A stretch of 63,795 nucleotides of DNA, filler included, from Pelomyxa schiedti (taxonomy: Eukaryota; Protista; Evosea): the NCBI GenBank assembly GCA_020536535.1. It is 13 parts of 13 records of this genome, joined end to end, with 100 filler letters (N's around TTAATTAATTAA, not from the genome) between each part and the next. Parts side by side here need not be neighbours in the genome. Positions count along the whole stretch, not along the records: positions 59,319 to 61,038 come from JAHLWZ010002308.1; positions 61,139 to 62,687 come from JAHLWZ010002428.1; positions 62,788 to 63,795 come from JAHLWZ010003019.1; 10 more parts are not named here. One strand, given 5' to 3'. Of this stretch, positions 60,591 to 63,795 are shown in pieces. The notes under the pieces are model-generated. The model did no database searches, was not told the origin of the DNA, and saw only the letters and a program-made list of their open reading frames with translations. The position numbers were made by a program, and so were the translations under genes. The number at the start of each line of letters is the position of its first letter. Position 1 is the first letter of the stretch.

Positions 60591-60931
60591 GGTTGGGAAG
60601 CCAAGTATGAGGTTTATCCAAGTTGGTAACACCTTGAATATCGAACGTTGAATACCGTTTTTTTGGCCAAATATTTGTTTTTCAAGTACCAGACTGGCCT
60701 ATTCAGTATTTGCACAGCTTTGCTTTCACACAGCCTGGCCACTCCATCTTGGAAAAACCTGGGGTTCGCCCCTTCTCACAATGGGCCGATCCAGGAAACA
60801 AGTCTTTGCGAGCTCGAACTCAGGCCCAGTGTGTGAATCTCTGCACCCTGCCCTCTCATCAGTTCACGGAACCCCCCTTTTCGGCTTGTATTCGCAGCTC
60901 ATCAACACAGCACCGCAGGCTGAGAGGGAGG

Positions 60932-61038
60932 ATGGAGGCAGCACGGAGGCTGATGGAGCGGCACGGGTGGGTGCCGGGCAGCGGACTGGGCAAGGAGTCG
61001 AACGGCATCACCAGGCCAATTGTGGCAACACTCAAGAA
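60932..61038 (+). CDS. G-patch domain protein, fragment
   Basis: ARRLMERHGWVPGSGLGKESNGITRPI is a canonical G-patch. Cut by the linker. Confidence 0.8.
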
Positions 61039-61433
61039 NNNNNNNNNNNNNNNNNNNNNNNNNNNNNNNNNNNNNNNNNNNNTTAATTAATTAANNNNNN
61101 NNNNNNNNNNNNNNNNNNNNNNNNNNNNNNNNNNNNNNAAAAAAAAAACAACCCTGAGAGCAATGGTGAGGTGGTGGATAGAGTGACGTGGAGGTTTACC
61201 CAGCTGGTCCAGTTTCGAGGGCTGGCCAGCGGGTTGACAAGGATCTCATTTCAGGTGAGACCCCTGTCCAGCAGTTGCTTTAGGGAGGTTTAGTCGATGA
61301 ACCACGTTCACATTCGAGCACCATTGTTTCCCCACAAAAGGCTCTCCAAGGTCAGTTTTCTGGTTCACAAGGCCACGCAGATTAGGAGAAGAATTTCGCC
61401 TCGCGTGGGATTATGGGAGTTTGGGTACACATG

Positions 61434-62687
61434 TCAGGGTGTGGTATTGGCAATCAAAGTAGGGGTGAAGTGTAGCCAGTCTGCTGCAGTAAGTATGCAC
61501 CGGAGTTGTGTGTTGGCTGTTGTGTCACCGGAGGAATCACCGGGAATAGTGCAGTCTGTTCCGCGGAGAGAAGCTTGTGTGGAGGGTGATAGCCGGCGGA
61601 GGTTGTGGAGGTGGCCGTAGGTGCATATGTTGACTCGGTGCTGTGACATGAGATTGGTGACTGTGGTGGGTTGGCCGGTGCTGCTGACCGGTGGGTAGTG
61701 AACCATCACTATCTTCAGTATTGGTGCTGTTGCGGCAGTATTACTTGTGACTGCGGTGGCTGAGGATGGTGGTGTGGTGGATTCCGGTGAAGACGATGAG
61801 GTTGTTGTGGATGTTTCTGTGGTGGATGTTTCTGCCGGTGTTGCTGGGGTCTGTGATGTGGGATGCGATATGGTGGAATTTGGGGTGGCAGAGCAAACGC
61901 GGTCAAGGTTTTCAAGGCAAGATTTGAGGCGATTGAGCTCTCTTGTGGCAATTTTGGCGTCATTGGGGGCTTGGAGATACATTGAGTTGGGCTTTGGTTG
62001 CTGTGCCTGTGGTTGTTCTGGTGAAGATTGAGAATTTTTTTTTTTGTTGTTGATACCTGTTGATGGATTTGTGGCTTGTGGCTCGGGTGGGTCTGCTAGA
62101 GCAGATTCGGCAGGCCAGTTTACAGTATCTGGAAAGTCCCAGAGTCTAGTGCCAGTGATAGCCACATTCCCAAAAGTGACAACATTGTTTCCAACGAGAA
62201 GGTGAATGGAAGAAGGAATTTGCAGGTTCTTCAGTTTACCAGCAGAAGGCCACCACATGTCATGGTTACCTTCAACTAAGACCTACAAAAGTATAGACAA
62301 GGCTTGTCAAGAGTTAATCCATTGTGTCCGTACTTTTTGGCCAGGGAGAGCATGCAGCCACTGCAAGTCAACCATCGCATCACTAAGCCGCAATGCCCAA
62401 GATATATCTCCACTTACAAGGACAATATCCTCGGGATTAACCTTTTCATTGTCAGAGGAGGAAACTCCATGCAAGCCGAAGTAAAATAGTAGTGCAACCA
62501 TCAAACCATAAGGAAAAAATTATAAACAATGTACAGAGAGGACTGTATGCTAGTGCAATATTTCATGGAAAAGGCGTACCAACTGACACCAGTTTTGTTG
62601 AATCGTTGTGAAGTGATTGACCCACTCAGTTCCAAATTTACTCATGTCCTTCCCTCGTGCCATGGACAAATGCACGTCACTGAGTAG
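61434..62687 (-). CDS. Calcineurin-like metallophosphoesterase, DR1119/COG1768-like, spliced, 5' truncated
   Basis: LSDVHLS..KDMSKFG.EWVNH..IQQNW, DIVLVSGDISWA, LPGQK/VLVEGNHDMWW, ITGTRLW, MVHYPP, CTYGHLH, TAADWLHFTP. Confidence 0.88.
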
Positions 62688-63689
62688 NNNNNNNNNNNNN
62701 NNNNNNNNNNNNNNNNNNNNNNNNNNNNNNNTTAATTAATTAANNNNNNNNNNNNNNNNNNNNNNNNNNNNNNNNNNNNNNNNNNNNCAGGGCCATGATT
62801 GTTTCCCTCCCTGGTGCCTCTGAGAAAGAGTGTTTTGATCTTTCTCTCATCGCCGAACCACGTGGTAGCTAGGTGAACAACCGTTGTAAATTTGGTTGAA
62901 TAGAAAAAATAAAAACAGTCTTTAATTTTTTGAAGGAATGGCACATGACAAAACAATTCGATTACAAGCAGAGAGTTGCAAGTTTCCAGTAGATCCATCT
63001 TTTTTCCTCTGTGAACCTCAATGAACCTCCCGGACCCTCTTTCTCCTCAGGAACGGAAGTGATTCGGCTTCTCGCTCCGGTGAACTAGTTCTTGACATCT
63101 TTTGCACTAGTGGGATGCCATGAGGGAGCTCCCTGCTGCTTTGCGTAGAGATTAGTCTGTATGGTAATTTGTTCCCACCAAACCTCAGGCCAAAATAAGC
63201 ACAGGAGAGCATAGGAAGACGATGAAGATTTGTGCTCATCCAGCCATTTGTGCCGTTTCGCCTTGAGACCACCATTCAGGATGCTTGGTGCTGTTGTGCC
63301 AGGAAAGTGGAGGGGCACACGGGTTGGTACATGCCCATGTCTTCCCATGGTGCAACAAGTACTAGTTTCAGGTTGGGCGTGGTATCCACACCAACATCAG
63401 AGGCTACACCACCTTTCATCTCCAAGCTCCTCGTCACTCATGTGTTATTTTGTTGGTTTTGTTTCCTTGATCACTAACGCGCTTCCTTGTATCTGCCACA
63501 TGCCACGTAGTGATTAGGTGTGCATGTCCCGACCTGCCAAAAAAAGACAAGGGCGCATCCAACTGACAGCGCTTTATCGCTCTAATTCAGAAAACATCGC
63601 ACTCAAGCGCGTTTCATCCATTCCTTCACGATGCATCGCGCTCCAGTACACCCAAAACCCATCTTTTATCTAAGCATATCTGGAGCCCA

Positions 63690-63792
63690 GGGGCGGTCAT
63701 TTTACATAGAGGAAAAACCACATGCTGTCATTTAGGGCGGTCACCTATCATTTCCTGTGTAAAATGACCGCCCCGGGGCGGTCATTTTACAC
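63690..63792. repeat. Inverted-repeat / palindrome cluster built from GGGGCGGTCATTTTACA
   Basis: 63690-63706 is inverted against 63758-63774. A perfect 36-bp palindrome GTGTAAAATGACCGCCCC|GGGGCGGTCATTTTACAC lies at 63757-63792, with a partial GGGCGGTCA at 63735. Confidence 0.88.
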
Positions 63793-63795
63793 TTT

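Noticed and set aside
1-63795. Operon-like or defence-island clustering of ARH, Sel1, phosphoesterase and TRIM genes
   Set aside because: Most lie on different contigs joined artificially, and those on the same scaffold are ordinary spliced eukaryotic neighbours.

Overview
This is eukaryotic protist DNA, not prokaryotic. The window joins 13 unrelated contigs/scaffolds with an artificial 100-nt linker (N44-TTAATTAATTAA-N44) and has three 100-N scaffold gaps, so neighbourhoods across linkers mean nothing. Housekeeping genes are broken by many short (about 40-80 nt) GT-AG introns. Gene content and a recurring lineage-specific protein family fit an anaerobic amoebozoan such as Pelomyxa; this is my inference, not a database result. 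Recognisable genes: cytosolic leucyl-tRNA synthetase (about 20 introns), Rab7, two tandem divergent Ras/Rap-like GTPases lacking CaaX, a Byr4/Bfa1-like protein, a TOM1/GPR137-like membrane protein, a cation/H+ antiporter with an RCK-like tail, an ADP-ribosylglycohydrolase, a NifS/IscS-like PLP enzyme lacking the catalytic Cys loop, a DR1119-type metallophosphoesterase, Sel1, ankyrin-like and G-patch proteins, Cys-rich surface proteins, and a CoaB-like/class II aldolase/GNAT fusion. About ten members or relics of an intronless expanded family (N-terminal QFxA...RCGxxSPA motif, C-terminal DAxTG motif) are scattered through the window, along with several MITE- or foldback-like repeats. The best candidate for an undescribed system is a tandem array of at least three near-identical TRIM-like genes (RING, B-box, coiled coil, three filamin/Ig repeats). 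Their terminal domain resembles a C-type-lectin fold and carries the divergence in discrete hypervariable patches, the pattern expected of a diversifying intracellular receptor/E3 ligase family.
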